64,000 nucleotides of DNA, from positions 544,001-608,000 of the forward strand of contig JBGAON010000002.1 of NCBI GenBank assembly GCA_044221725.1, in the 5' to 3' direction. A model generated the notes under the pieces. It worked only from the letters and a program-made list of their open reading frames with translations, did not search any database and had not been told where the DNA came from. Origin of the DNA: Elusimicrobiota bacterium. GTDB lineage: Bacteria > Elusimicrobiota > Elusimicrobia > F11. The translations under genes were made by a program, and so were the position numbers. This document shows, one piece after another, positions 54,571 through 64,000 of the stretch; position 1 is the stretch's first letter; each line of letters starts with the position of its first letter.

Positions 54571-56408
54571 GAAACATTCGTTTGAAACAAATTCGTTCAA
54601 AAATTTTCTTTTCCGTCGTCCTGTGTCTCAGCCCGTTCGTTCACGCCGCAGAGCCCACCGTCACGGCGCGTGTGAGCGCCACCGACATGACGATCAATAG
54701 CCAGATCACTCTCGCACTCGAGGTGTCCGGCGTGAGCAATGTGAATGGTTCGCCGAATCTTTCTTTACCGGACTTTAGTGTACAAGCCGCGGGACAGACA
54801 AGTTCGTACCAGTGGGTCAACGGTCAAACGTCTTCGCTTGTTACGTTCAATTATGTGTTAACGCCCACGAAAACAGGCACGTTGCAAATTCCATCGTTAA
54901 CGTTGGATATCAACGGAAAAGGATACAGTTCGCAACCGATCACGATCAATGTTCGACCCGACAATTCGGGAGCAGCCACGGCCTCTCAATCGAACTCCAA
55001 CAGGGATGCGGGCTCGCGCCAAGTGCAGGTTCCGGCGGAAGGTTTGAAACCGCTCTTCATGACAGCTACCGTGGACAACGAAAAGGCTTATGTTGGCCAA
55101 CAGATTCTTTTGAAGATTCAGTTTTTGAAACGGCCCGACGTGCGATTCGCTTCCCAAGCGCGCTATTCCGAACCCGAGATGACCGGCTTTTTGGTGGAGC
55201 CGCTCGACAAACAAGAATACACCACCACGATCAACGGCGCGCGCTACGATGTCACCGAACTTCCGTACGCGCTGTTCCCGACATCGGACGGTGAGTTTGC
55301 GATCGGAAGCGCTCACATTGAATTGGCGGTGCGTTCGGAGCCCGATCCGTTTGATCCGAATAGTTTTTTCCAAAGCTTCTTTGGCAAAACGGATGTCGCA
55401 CGACTCAGCACGCGCGCGATTCCCATTCGCGTGCGTTCGCTGCCCGCCAACAAACCGATCAACTTTTCGGGCGCGGTCGGACGTTTTAAAATAAACGCGA
55501 AAGTGGACACGAACCAGCCGGAGGTGGGGAAACCGTTCAATCTCACGTTAACCGTGGAAGGTGTCGGAAATATCAAAACGGTCAAGGAACCCTTCTTGCC
55601 GGATTTGCGCGGATTCCGTCGCTACGAATCAATCTCCTCCTCGAAACTTTCCAAAGAAGGCAAATTTATTCACGGCAGCAAAGAATTCAAAATCCTCGTA
55701 ATTCCGCAAGTCTCTGGGCAACTCACTATACCGTCCGCATCCTTTTCGTATTTTAATCCCGCGAAAGGCGATTACGAGACCGAAACCACACAGGAAATTT
55801 CTCTGCAAGTGAAACCCGGAAATTTAAGCCAGGCCGACCAAGAAGCGCGTCCGCAACAGCCGACGGCCGGCCAAGCGACGGAAGGCGTGCGTGTCATGGA
55901 AAAAGATATTCGGTTTCTTAAACCCGGACGCGTCCAACCAATGACGAACCCGTTCTATCGGCGGCCCACTTTCTTGTTGTTCAATCTTATTCCACCGCTG
56001 TTCGCGTTCGTCGCGTTTCTGTCGCGACGTCAGTCGTTGTTGCGTGTGGAGCGGGCCGCCGAATATCGTTCGCGCGGGGCGTTAAAAACAGCGCGCAAGC
56101 AGCTCGCCGTTGCGAAGAAAAGAATGGCCGCTCTCGACGCCGTCTCCTTTTATAGCAGCATCCACGCCGCTGTGGCCGGTTATCTTGCGGACAAATTATC
56201 GTTGTCCGCCTCCGGGCTCATTTGGGATACCGTCGACCAACAATTGGCCAACAAAAAAGTGGAATCGCAGCTGCGCTCGGAAATTCGCGAAATTTTTGAT
56301 CAAGCTGACATGGCACGCTTCGCCACCTCGTCCTTCTCGGACGAATCACGCGATATTGCGCTTAACCATGCGGACAAAGTGCTGGCATTATTGGACGACG
56401 TGCTATGA
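54567..56408 (+). CDS. batD: BatD family protein
   Basis: Signal peptide, repeated Ig-like segments, FSGAVG, G.GN, C-terminal TM, ARFA. Confidence 0.88.
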   Translation: MRNIRLKQIRSKIFFSVVLCLSPFVHAAEPTVTARVSATDMTINSQITLALEVSGVSNVNGSPNLSLPDFSVQAAGQTSSYQWVNGQTSSLVTFNYVLTPTKTGTLQIPSLTLDINGKGYSSQPITINVRPDNSGAATASQSNSNRDAGSRQVQVPAEGLKPLFMTATVDNEKAYVGQQILLKIQFLKRPDVRFASQARYSEPEMTGFLVEPLDKQEYTTTINGARYDVTELPYALFPTSDGEFAIGSAHIELAVRSEPDPFDPNSFFQSFFGKTDVARLSTRAIPIRVRSLPANKPINFSGAVGRFKINAKVDTNQPEVGKPFNLTLTVEGVGNIKTVKEPFLPDLRGFRRYESISSSKLSKEGKFIHGSKEFKILVIPQVSGQLTIPSASFSYFNPAKGDYETETTQEISLQVKPGNLSQADQEARPQQPTAGQATEGVRVMEKDIRFLKPGRVQPMTNPFYRRPTFLLFNLIPPLFAFVAFLSRRQSLLRVERAAEYRSRGALKTARKQLAVAKKRMAALDAVSFYSSIHAAVAGYLADKLSLSASGLIWDTVDQQLANKKVESQLRSEIREIFDQADMARFATSSFSDESRDIALNHADKVLALLDDVL

Positions 56409-57160
56409 AGAAAATTCTCCTCGTAACAATCCTTCTGGGATTTGCGGGAATCACCTGGAGCGCCGAAAACCCGACGCCCACCGAACGGTTTACGCAAGCG
56501 AACCAAGCGCTCGAGAAAGGCGATCTTGAAAAAGCGAACGAACTTTACGACGCACTCGTGGCGCAAGGCTTTGAAAGCGCCGAACTTTATTACAACCTGG
56601 GAAATCTGTATTACCGAAAAGGGGAGCGCGGCAAAGCGGTTCTTTGGTACGAACGCGCGGAACGCCTGGCGCCACGCGACGCTGATATCCAATTCAATTT
56701 GAAGCTCGCTCGCTCGCACATCAAAGATGACGAGGGAAATGCTCTACGAAAAACCTTCCTTTATTTCACGGACAATGAACTGAGCGTCGTTCTCGTGGTG
56801 TTGGTTTGGATTTTTTTCGGAATTCTTGGCGGACGCACCATCGGCTGGATCAAGGCGGAAGTTTGGCCAACCACAGCATTGTGGTTCAGCGGAGTCATGC
56901 TGCTCATGGTGGGAGCTTGGTTCGGCGTGGCGCTCGCGATGGGCCGTGAACCCATCGGTGTTGTCATCAATCCTCCCGGAGAGGTGCGCAACGGTCCCGG
57001 TCCGGATTACGCCGTCGGATTTACAATTCCGGAAGGCAGTGATGTGGTTCTTCTTAATCGACGACCAGACTGGACTCAGGTGGGCGTGCCGAATCAGGGA
57101 CTTAAAGGTTGGATGCCCAACAGCGATCTTGAAGCGGTAAAGATTACTCCTTCTTCGTAA
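56405..57160 (+). CDS. batE: BatE (TPR + SH3b)
   Basis: YYNLGN.YY, YERA..LAP.D.DI..NL, VRNGPG, GW. Confidence 0.88.
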   Translation: MKKILLVTILLGFAGITWSAENPTPTERFTQANQALEKGDLEKANELYDALVAQGFESAELYYNLGNLYYRKGERGKAVLWYERAERLAPRDADIQFNLKLARSHIKDDEGNALRKTFLYFTDNELSVVLVVLVWIFFGILGGRTIGWIKAEVWPTTALWFSGVMLLMVGAWFGVALAMGREPIGVVINPPGEVRNGPGPDYAVGFTIPEGSDVVLLNRRPDWTQVGVPNQGLKGWMPNSDLEAVKITPSS

Positions 57161-59273
57161 GACTCACATCCATCGACTGAACCCAGCCTTGGGTTTTGCC
57201 CAGATCGATTTTGTACCACTCGCCCGAAATCTCAATCACCTGATAAATCGTCGGGGGATTAATCTGCTGAAGCATCTTTGCGGCGATGGATGGCCGACTG
57301 TACACGCCGACACCTTTCACGGTCGCCTTTGCCCACTCCGCTCGAAATTCGGATTTTTTACCGCGCTGACTCATGGGCAGACGCGGCGTTTCCAATTGCG
57401 ACGGTTGTTTAACCTCGGCCAGACGCAAATCCAATCCGCGGGCCCAGCCTGTCACACCGGAGCGAATCTGCAGCAGGAACCAACGGTCGGAATCGACTTT
57501 TTCTGATTTGATCGCCATGTAAGCGGTTTCGCTCGCCAACGTTCCGACTTCTTTAGCGCGATCGGAGGGTTTGTCAAAGTACGGTGCGTTTTCCGTAGCG
57601 GCTTCAAAATAGGTGGATTCTTTGCGAGCGCCTTCAATGTTTTCATGCGCTTGCGTCGGTGGCTCGGCTGCCGGCGTCACGCCTTGCGGAGAAAGATTAA
57701 AGATCGAAAGATTTTTTCCGTTCGCCCAGCCTTCGCCCTTTTTCGACTTCACTTGATACCACTTGTCTTCTCCAATCAACATTTCAAAATCGGCTTTGCC
57801 CTTGGTTCCCACGGGCAGCGATACACCGGTCGGCCCCTCCCCAGGATTTTGGAACAGTGGCACGTTTTGTTTTTTCACTTCAAACACAATGTCGACATAA
57901 TTCATCAGCGACCGTGTTTTCGGCGCCTCCTCGAGCACTGGAGGATTTGTGTCTTCGGGCCGCTCGGTGGCGGCGGGTTTTGTTTCCACGGCCGTCGGTT
58001 CGGTCGGAACCTGTTCGTGGGTGCCCGGTACCGGGAAATTTCGCGGCGGAATCTTCGTCACCGGGGATGGTGGCGGTGCGACCACTGCCGGAGACACCAT
58101 CGCAATCCGCGTTGGCTTCTTTTTTGGTTCCGCTTGCACCGGTTCTTGTTTCTTTTCTTCCACGGGAGCGGAGACAATAGCTTTCGCTTTCTCCGCCTCG
58201 GCTTTCGCCAGAATCTGTTGCCTCAATTGCTCTTGCCGCTGAATCTTTTCACGGCGCTCCATCGCGACGCGAATTTGTTCATCCCGACCTCGTTTGCGCT
58301 CGGCGAGCAAGCGCTCGTCTTCCTCCGACACTTTTAGTTGGCGGGGATACGGAGCACGCGCAAGGCCCAACGCCACCATAGCACGCTGCTCTTTCGTCAG
58401 TGACTCGGAACGCATTTCATGGTTGAGATAAACGAGCGCGTTGTCATAGCCGAGACGCGCCAACACAACCGCGATCGGCAGTCGCAGAGTGGGCCAGCTG
58501 GGCTTCTTATAATAAGGAAGAAGTTGCTCGCGCGCATTCTCCGGCTCGGATACAGCGCGAATGTTCAAAAGCGCCTCTTCGATGGCCAATTGCCCTTTCG
58601 GATCTTTCTCTACGGCAAACCGCGGAATTAACAGGAACAATGCATCTTCGGCCATGACATCGGAAACCCAGTTGCATGCGTGGCGTCGCACCAGCAGATC
58701 CGGGACCTGCAACATGAACGCGAACACCACCTCAGCGTACGCGCGAACCAACGGTTGACGCACCCCTCCCTGCTCGCGAATCTTCTTAATAATTTCATCC
58801 AACAGCGGAGCCTCCTCGTCATAGAGCCCAAGCAAGCCGCCCTTCGGGAGTTCGTTAAGAAACGGTTGCACCCAATCACTTGACTGTTCGAACTTTAGGA
58901 TCGCACGCAAGGCGCGAATGCGTTGGTCCTCAGAAAATCGCGAATCGATCGCGATGTCGAGCAACGGAGTGGCTTTCCGTTGGTTGATGTAGGTGGCCAA
59001 ACGGACGTTGAACATAAATTCCTGGTCGGCAGGCATATTCACAAAACCGAGATCGATTTTCGTAAACCGATAGACCGGTGTTGTTATCTTGCTGTAGAGA
59101 AGCGTTAAACCATTCACGGCGGGATCGACGCCTTTGTCCACGATGGTTTGCAGCGGAGAAATCGTGTTGTACAAGAATCCGAACGCAATCATCGCGCCCA
59201 TCACCGTCAAATCGCGGACGGATTTTCCGTATCGGTCAATAGCGGTTGGTGTGTAATAACGTCCCGGTTGCAC
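57144..59273 (-). CDS. Membrane-anchored HEAT-like / coiled-coil / Pro-rich / triple SH3b protein
   Basis: N-terminal TM; three repeats ending WYQV..GW, WFLL..GW, WYKI..GW. Confidence 0.7.
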   Translation of the reverse strand: MQPGRYYTPTAIDRYGKSVRDLTVMGAMIAFGFLYNTISPLQTIVDKGVDPAVNGLTLLYSKITTPVYRFTKIDLGFVNMPADQEFMFNVRLATYINQRKATPLLDIAIDSRFSEDQRIRALRAILKFEQSSDWVQPFLNELPKGGLLGLYDEEAPLLDEIIKKIREQGGVRQPLVRAYAEVVFAFMLQVPDLLVRRHACNWVSDVMAEDALFLLIPRFAVEKDPKGQLAIEEALLNIRAVSEPENAREQLLPYYKKPSWPTLRLPIAVVLARLGYDNALVYLNHEMRSESLTKEQRAMVALGLARAPYPRQLKVSEEDERLLAERKRGRDEQIRVAMERREKIQRQEQLRQQILAKAEAEKAKAIVSAPVEEKKQEPVQAEPKKKPTRIAMVSPAVVAPPPSPVTKIPPRNFPVPGTHEQVPTEPTAVETKPAATERPEDTNPPVLEEAPKTRSLMNYVDIVFEVKKQNVPLFQNPGEGPTGVSLPVGTKGKADFEMLIGEDKWYQVKSKKGEGWANGKNLSIFNLSPQGVTPAAEPPTQAHENIEGARKESTYFEAATENAPYFDKPSDRAKEVGTLASETAYMAIKSEKVDSDRWFLLQIRSGVTGWARGLDLRLAEVKQPSQLETPRLPMSQRGKKSEFRAEWAKATVKGVGVYSRPSIAAKMLQQINPPTIYQVIEISGEWYKIDLGKTQGWVQSMDVSLTKKE

Positions 59274-59305
59274 GCATTAAATGTAACTGGGAACAGACGG
59301 ATTTT

Positions 59306-60091
59306 TCAGGGCTTTTTGGAAGGAATTCTGATCGTTTCGAAGACACCCAAGCACAGCACCTCGGCCAATGTCGAATGGTTTTTCAATCCGCTCGCTGAAA
59401 CCGAACACAAGTAACGTTTTTCTTTTATGCCGAAGAGCGCCGTTTGATAGAGGGGAACCCAGAATCGTTTTAGCACCAAGTTCGACCAGATGCCGTGGCC
59501 GCCACTCATCAATTTCGCCGGACGCGTGGAGAACTGGAAAAGTCTCTTTTGTTTTTTGCTGGCGGACGAGAATGTCTTCACCATTTCTTCCAAGTACTGA
59601 GACGGTTTCTTCGGAATGTTCTCAAGCTCGCGAACACGGACCGTTAACTCAGAAACGCCCATGTATTGACTCCGGTCGCTCGGGTGCAACCGCACCCCCG
59701 CCTCCGTGGGAGAATGGATACCTTCAACGGCCCAACCGGTGGGCACCCGCAGCTCAAAAATTCCAGCGGGATCACGATAGTGCTGAGAAAGCCGTGGGAA
59801 TGTGAGAGACCGGTCAGATAAATGCGAGAGGAAAAGGGATTGAAGCACGAACGCGATGAGCAATAGACATACGTGCACACAAATGCTGACGACCGGGGCC
59901 GCCGAGATAGGAATGTTGCGTGAACGAGATTGAAAAATAGATACAAATGCAAAAACGAGGCCACATCCGGATGCAATATAAACACCGACCGGTCCCACGC
60001 CAATGCACAGTCCGACCGATAAAAAAATTGCGCTGATGGAGATGCCGAGCCAAACGGAAGTTGGCTTTTTGGAAATTTCTAGACCGGTCAT
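59306..60091 (-). CDS. Membrane protein (3 TM) with soluble C-terminal domain, possibly PsbP-like
   Basis: Hydrophobic N-half; YRDPAGIFELRVPTGW. Confidence 0.6.
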   Translation of the reverse strand: MTGLEISKKPTSVWLGISISAIFLSVGLCIGVGPVGVYIASGCGLVFAFVSIFQSRSRNIPISAAPVVSICVHVCLLLIAFVLQSLFLSHLSDRSLTFPRLSQHYRDPAGIFELRVPTGWAVEGIHSPTEAGVRLHPSDRSQYMGVSELTVRVRELENIPKKPSQYLEEMVKTFSSASKKQKRLFQFSTRPAKLMSGGHGIWSNLVLKRFWVPLYQTALFGIKEKRYLCSVSASGLKNHSTLAEVLCLGVFETIRIPSKKP

Positions 60092-60140
60092 TTCTTAGTG
60101 AAGTTTACCGGATACCGACGAAAAAAGTAACATTACGCTA

Positions 60141-60821
60141 ATGTTTAACATGCAACAAATGAAAAAGCTATTCCAAAAGATCCAAGTGGTTCGCTCGCCA
60201 AAACATCGTCTCTCCACGTTTGGAGACTCCCGAATTCAATACCGATTGGTGACAGAAGTACCCGGCTTGGCCGACCGCTCGCGACTGCGCGTGGGCATTG
60301 TCACCGCGCAGAAACCCACGATCATTACCGCGCAAGCGTTCAAAGATCAGTTTCAAGGTTTTGGGGACGACGTGCGCGATTACGTGGACACGCTGATTAG
60401 CCAGTACGGCAAAGCGCTTCGCGGTCTCGAGTATCAATTTAAGAATGAAATGGTATCGACGCACGTCGAGCTGACCCCGCCGGAGGAATATATGGCGCGT
60501 CTCACAAAAGAATTTGATCGCGCCGAAGAATACAACCAGGCATTGATCAAAGGCACCGACAAGACCTGGGAACTGTCAATAATGAAATTCATTGTTGAAG
60601 AAACGATGGCATCGTTCCAATCAAACGTTCAGGAGCTGCAAGATCGTGGCTTTTTCGACGGCGATGAACGCATTCACCGTCAGCGGCGCCGCGAAATTGA
60701 GACTCTTCTAAAAGTGGCCCGAAAGGATCGCAGCGCGATTCCGGTGCTCGGTGCAAAACTCAAACAGTACGCGCTTTTTGAAAAATATCAGGACGCGTTT
60801 TTCCAATTGGTTAACAAATGA
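60141..60821 (+). CDS. Conserved hypothetical protein
   Basis: 226-aa ORF coupled to ispH (ATGA overlap). Confidence 0.75.
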   Translation: MFNMQQMKKLFQKIQVVRSPKHRLSTFGDSRIQYRLVTEVPGLADRSRLRVGIVTAQKPTIITAQAFKDQFQGFGDDVRDYVDTLISQYGKALRGLEYQFKNEMVSTHVELTPPEEYMARLTKEFDRAEEYNQALIKGTDKTWELSIMKFIVEETMASFQSNVQELQDRGFFDGDERIHRQRRREIETLLKVARKDRSAIPVLGAKLKQYALFEKYQDAFFQLVNK

Positions 60822-61762
60822 AAATTTTAACCGTCTCTCCGCGCGGTTTTTGCGCCGGCGTTCGCCGCGCCATCGAAATCGTGGATATGGCACTCCGGAA
60901 GTTTCCAGCTCCGATATATGTGCGCAAAGAGATCGTGCACAACAAGGCGGTCGTCGAAGACTTCAAGCGCCGTGGCGTTATTTTCATTGATGAAGTACAA
61001 GAAGCCCCGGCCGGAAGTTGCGTGATTTTTAGCGCCCACGGTATTTCACCCGAAGTGCGCACAATGTCGAAAGACCGACAACTTAAAACGATCGATGCCA
61101 CCTGCCCACTCGTCACGAAAGTCCACCTCGAAGTTCACCGCTTTTTGAGAGAAGGTTATTCGCTGCTCTTAATAGGTCATAAACAACACGATGAGGTTGT
61201 GGGCACGATGGGGGAAGCCCCGGGGAAAATACAACTCGTCGAAACGCCCGAAGACGTGGCCGCCATTTCTGTCGCGAACCCGGACCGCGTTATGGTACTG
61301 ACGCAAACCACGCTCAGCATTGACGAAACAAAAGGCATTTTGGCCGCCATCCGAGCGCGGTTTCCCAAGGCCGCAACACCGCCCAAAGACGACATTTGCT
61401 ACGCGACCCAGAACCGCCAGGACGCGGTCCGCGAACTACTAAATCACGGAATTCAGGCACTCTTGGTCGTCGGATCGAAAAACAGCTCGAATTCTCAACG
61501 ACTTTGCGACGTCGCTCGCGATGCCGGTGTAAAGGCATTTCTCATCGACCACGCCTCAGAAATTAGATCCGAATGGCTTAACGACGTAGAAACGGTGGGT
61601 CTCACCGCGGGCGCGTCGGCTCCCGAATACCTCGTGCAAGAAGTGGTCCAATCGTTAATTGACCGTTATGAAGGCGTCGTGCAGGATCTTTTTGTTAGAG
61701 AAGAAAACGTCGTTTTTTCATTGCCAAAAGAGCTGTTGGAACCCGCCTCCGCTTCGAAATAA
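60818..61762 (+). CDS. ispH: 4-hydroxy-3-methylbut-2-enyl diphosphate reductase
   Basis: PRGFCAGV, IVHN, SAHG, DATCP, ICYATQNRQ, SSNS, TAGASAP. Confidence 0.98.
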   Translation: MKILTVSPRGFCAGVRRAIEIVDMALRKFPAPIYVRKEIVHNKAVVEDFKRRGVIFIDEVQEAPAGSCVIFSAHGISPEVRTMSKDRQLKTIDATCPLVTKVHLEVHRFLREGYSLLLIGHKQHDEVVGTMGEAPGKIQLVETPEDVAAISVANPDRVMVLTQTTLSIDETKGILAAIRARFPKAATPPKDDICYATQNRQDAVRELLNHGIQALLVVGSKNSSNSQRLCDVARDAGVKAFLIDHASEIRSEWLNDVETVGLTAGASAPEYLVQEVVQSLIDRYEGVVQDLFVREENVVFSLPKELLEPASASK

Positions 61763-61857
61763 ACGCTTTCAAAGAGATCTCAGAAAAACCCTCTTGGTGT
61801 CAACGCTTTGTCACTGGCTCCCCGGTATGCTCAAGTAGATTTACCGAGGAGGGACGT

Positions 61858-62238
61858 ATGAAAAAGGTTTTGCTTTTGATCCTGACACTTTTGTTACCAA
61901 TCGCGGCGCGGGCCTCTCGCCCCGTGGGACAAATGGCGAAACCCGAGCTCGATGTACCGTACGAATTTTCAACATCCGGGGAGACGCGCCGAATCGAGTA
62001 TGGCTGCCCAATTTCAAACGAGGTAATTGAGGGAACGAAAAAAGCCGTGCTAAATCAGCTCATTTCGGAGTGCGCCGAGCAAATCAAAACCGAAGCGCAG
62101 TCAAAGCCCGAAGTCGTCGCGGTGATTCAAACGTCGCTTATAGCGCCGAACGTCACGTTCCAGCAGACAAACGGAAAACAACAGGTCAACGGCACGCTAT
62201 TTTTCGAAGCAGCCGTTTTGATAAAACCAACACGATGA
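61858..62238 (+). CDS. Exported hypothetical protein
   Basis: GAGGAGG RBS, signal peptide, two Cys. Confidence 0.75.
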   Translation: MKKVLLLILTLLLPIAARASRPVGQMAKPELDVPYEFSTSGETRRIEYGCPISNEVIEGTKKAVLNQLISECAEQIKTEAQSKPEVVAVIQTSLIAPNVTFQQTNGKQQVNGTLFFEAAVLIKPTR

Positions 62239-62396
62239 ACAACGACATTCTGAAACCCAAAGAAGAGAATCTGTTCTCGCTGGCAGCGGAGCTGGGGCTT
62301 GTCGTTTTTTCCACGGAGTTGCCAACGAGCGACGAACAGAAAAACATTACCGAGAATCAATCCAATACCCCCAAACCATTCTGCCAATTAACCTGA
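62235..62396 (+). CDS. Putative 53-aa small protein
   Basis: ATGA overlap with the upstream stop; fills the gap. Confidence 0.4.
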   Translation: MNNDILKPKEENLFSLAAELGLVVFSTELPTSDEQKNITENQSNTPKPFCQLT

Positions 62397-62428
62397 TCCG
62401 CACACGAACCGTCATCGTTATTTTCTGT

Positions 62429-63205
62429 TTGCTGTTCCTCTTTTCGCAGCAAAGTTCGGCCTTGGATTCCTACAACCTGATCGAGGGCTTGATGAAAAAC
62501 GGAAACGTACCCCGCCTCCTCAATTCGACCGATATCGATCTCCAACCGAACGATCCGCAGCCACTGTTCTCGCCCATTGGCGATTTCAACAACGACGGTA
62601 TTCCGGATATGGCGATTTCGGGAATATACGAACTGCCATCTTCAAAAAACCGCTATTTCTTGTTGGTCGGAACGCAATTTGAAAAACCGCTTCGGTACGA
62701 ACGAATGTATTTCAAAGAGTTCGACAAACCCGTTTTCCTTCACAAGCCCGGCACCACCGGCGAAAAAGATTCCGGAGACCAGTGTTTCTCTGTAACCTTT
62801 TGTGCGGAATGCACGGATGGAATTGATTTTTATTGGAGTCCAAAAACACATTCATTTGATGAGCGACCGTGGGAAAAACGATTTCGTCGTTACACGCATG
62901 TTTCGTACATGCCTGCGGAACGGGAAGTTCCGGATGAAATGGTGGATCGTGCGCTCAAGGTGGTGGGAAATCTCGACGACGTAAAAATCTTTGTGGCCGG
63001 TCTCAAAAAATCCGGAAAGAAGTTAGGGACGCGCGTCCGCGCGGTTTCGAACGAGGCCGAACCAGCGGATCCAAACGCACCAATCCAAACAGTCACTGTT
63101 GAGATTTTTGAGAAGAAAAAAGACGCCGAAAAGCTTTACGACGAAGTGACCGTCGACGTCACGAAGGACGTGGTGGTGAGTCGGAAAACGAAAGGTAGGT
63201 CTTAA
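62429..63205 (+). CDS. Exported hypothetical protein with FG-GAP-like DFNNDG motif (start may be CTG 62393)
   Basis: GDFNNDGIPD motif; upstream in-frame signal-like sequence. Confidence 0.7.
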   Translation: MLFLFSQQSSALDSYNLIEGLMKNGNVPRLLNSTDIDLQPNDPQPLFSPIGDFNNDGIPDMAISGIYELPSSKNRYFLLVGTQFEKPLRYERMYFKEFDKPVFLHKPGTTGEKDSGDQCFSVTFCAECTDGIDFYWSPKTHSFDERPWEKRFRRYTHVSYMPAEREVPDEMVDRALKVVGNLDDVKIFVAGLKKSGKKLGTRVRAVSNEAEPADPNAPIQTVTVEIFEKKKDAEKLYDEVTVDVTKDVVVSRKTKGRS

Positions 63206-63479
63206 TTATTGTTTCAACATCGCTGAGCGAAACATTCGATACGAAATCATTCTGTGGCATGATCGCAACGTTCGGCCCAATTTCGCATTGTTCCTGACAT
63301 CCGGACTTCGCCACGCGCACAACGTTTTGCAGATTGTTTTTCTTCACGTGTTCTTTCAGTCGGTCAAGAATTTGCTGACCACAACGTCCCTCACCCGCAC
63401 AGCTGATCCGCTCGCCCGGCTTTCGAGCGTTGGTGCAAACGAAGATCAATTGCTTGTAAGGAAGAGAGGATTGATTCAC
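63159..63479 (-). CDS. Thioredoxin-like [2Fe-2S] ferredoxin
   Basis: IFVCTN.R...SC, SGCQEQCEIGP. Confidence 0.85.
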   Translation of the reverse strand: MNQSSLPYKQLIFVCTNARKPGERISCAGEGRCGQQILDRLKEHVKKNNLQNVVRVAKSGCQEQCEIGPNVAIMPQNDFVSNVSLSDVETIIKTYLSFSDSPPRPS

Positions 63480-63491
63480 GGCTATCGGCTA

Positions 63492-64000
63492 TTAGCCTTC
63501 TGCCAATGTTTCTTTGCTGACAGCCGATAGCTGAAAGCTGACAGCTTCATTCTTTCGGAACGAAACTTCGGGTCCAACCGCGATGGTGAGATCTTCATCC
63601 GACATCGTGCGCGGGAATCTCTTTAACTTTTCATACCGCGTGGTGCGCTGGACCGCATCAAACCCCGCTTCGTGAATGAGTTTGATTGTTTCGCGCAGTG
63701 TCGTCACGTTTACAAAGCCGGCTTCGGCGTGCACATTCTCTTCGTAAAGCGTTCCACCAAAGTCGTCGACGCCAAACAAAAGCGCCGCCTGGCCCGTTTT
63801 CTTTCCTTCGGAAAACCAAGACGCCTGCACGTGATCAAAATTGTCCAGATAAAGCCTTGATGCCGCGAGAATTCGCAGGTACGGAACAGGGCCGACACGC
63901 CGTGGGAATCGGCGCTCGAGCACCGTGTTATCCGGTTTAAAACTCCATGGAATAAAAGCGGTGAACCCGCCCTTGTTTTTCAGCGCCTTTGACTGGTCTT
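63492..64000 (-). CDS. mqnC: Radical SAM cyclic dehypoxanthine futalosine synthase (CofH/MqnC family), C-terminal part
   Basis: FTAFIPWSF, YLRILA.SRLYLDN, HVQASW, DDFGGTLYEENV; mqnD present in the window. Confidence 0.85.
   Translation of the reverse strand, partial: DQSKALKNKGGFTAFIPWSFKPDNTVLERRFPRRVGPVPYLRILAASRLYLDNFDHVQASWFSEGKKTGQAALLFGVDDFGGTLYEENVHAEAGFVNVTTLRETIKLIHEAGFDAVQRTTRYEKLKRFPRTMSDEDLTIAVGPEVSFRKNEAVSFQLSAVSKETLAEG

Overview
A gene-dense bacterial chromosomal segment, mostly on the + strand. Housekeeping content: purH (partial), alaS, tRNA-Arg(CCG), a P-loop kinase-dCMP deaminase fusion, sppA, asnB-family amidotransferase, DUF72, PolX-PHP, nnrE, an M16 peptidase pair coupled to an opp/dpp ABC operon, acyl-CoA ligase, CCA-adding-type enzyme, tRNA-Gly(CCC), a TonB receptor, dksA, pepA, mqnD/mqnC, a DEAD-box helicase, a moxR-DUF58-bat operon and ispH. 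The accessory block (about 28.9-40.0 kb) holds a RAYT/Y1 HUH transposase between perfect 29-bp terminal inverted repeats and duplicated terminators. It also holds a 2859-aa exported protein that joins a conserved N-terminal domain, an HD domain, two CPBP-like membrane modules, a helical region, an adenylate-kinase-like domain and tandem sugar-phosphate-cyclase domains. By inference this resembles the giant proteins of Elusimicrobiota/Omnitrophota. At least four palindromic REP-like families occur, and several copies are exapted into genes: an in-frame insertion in OppF, a stop/start junction between the M16 peptidase and oppA, and the start codon of a propeller protein. Also noted: a 5 x 71-bp G-quadruplex-motif array, two paralogous secreted Cys-stapled coiled-coil proteins, an exported MEMO-AMMECR1 pseudoenzyme inside the opp operon, and probable leaderless promoters. 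All family calls come from reading motifs by eye, with no database searches.
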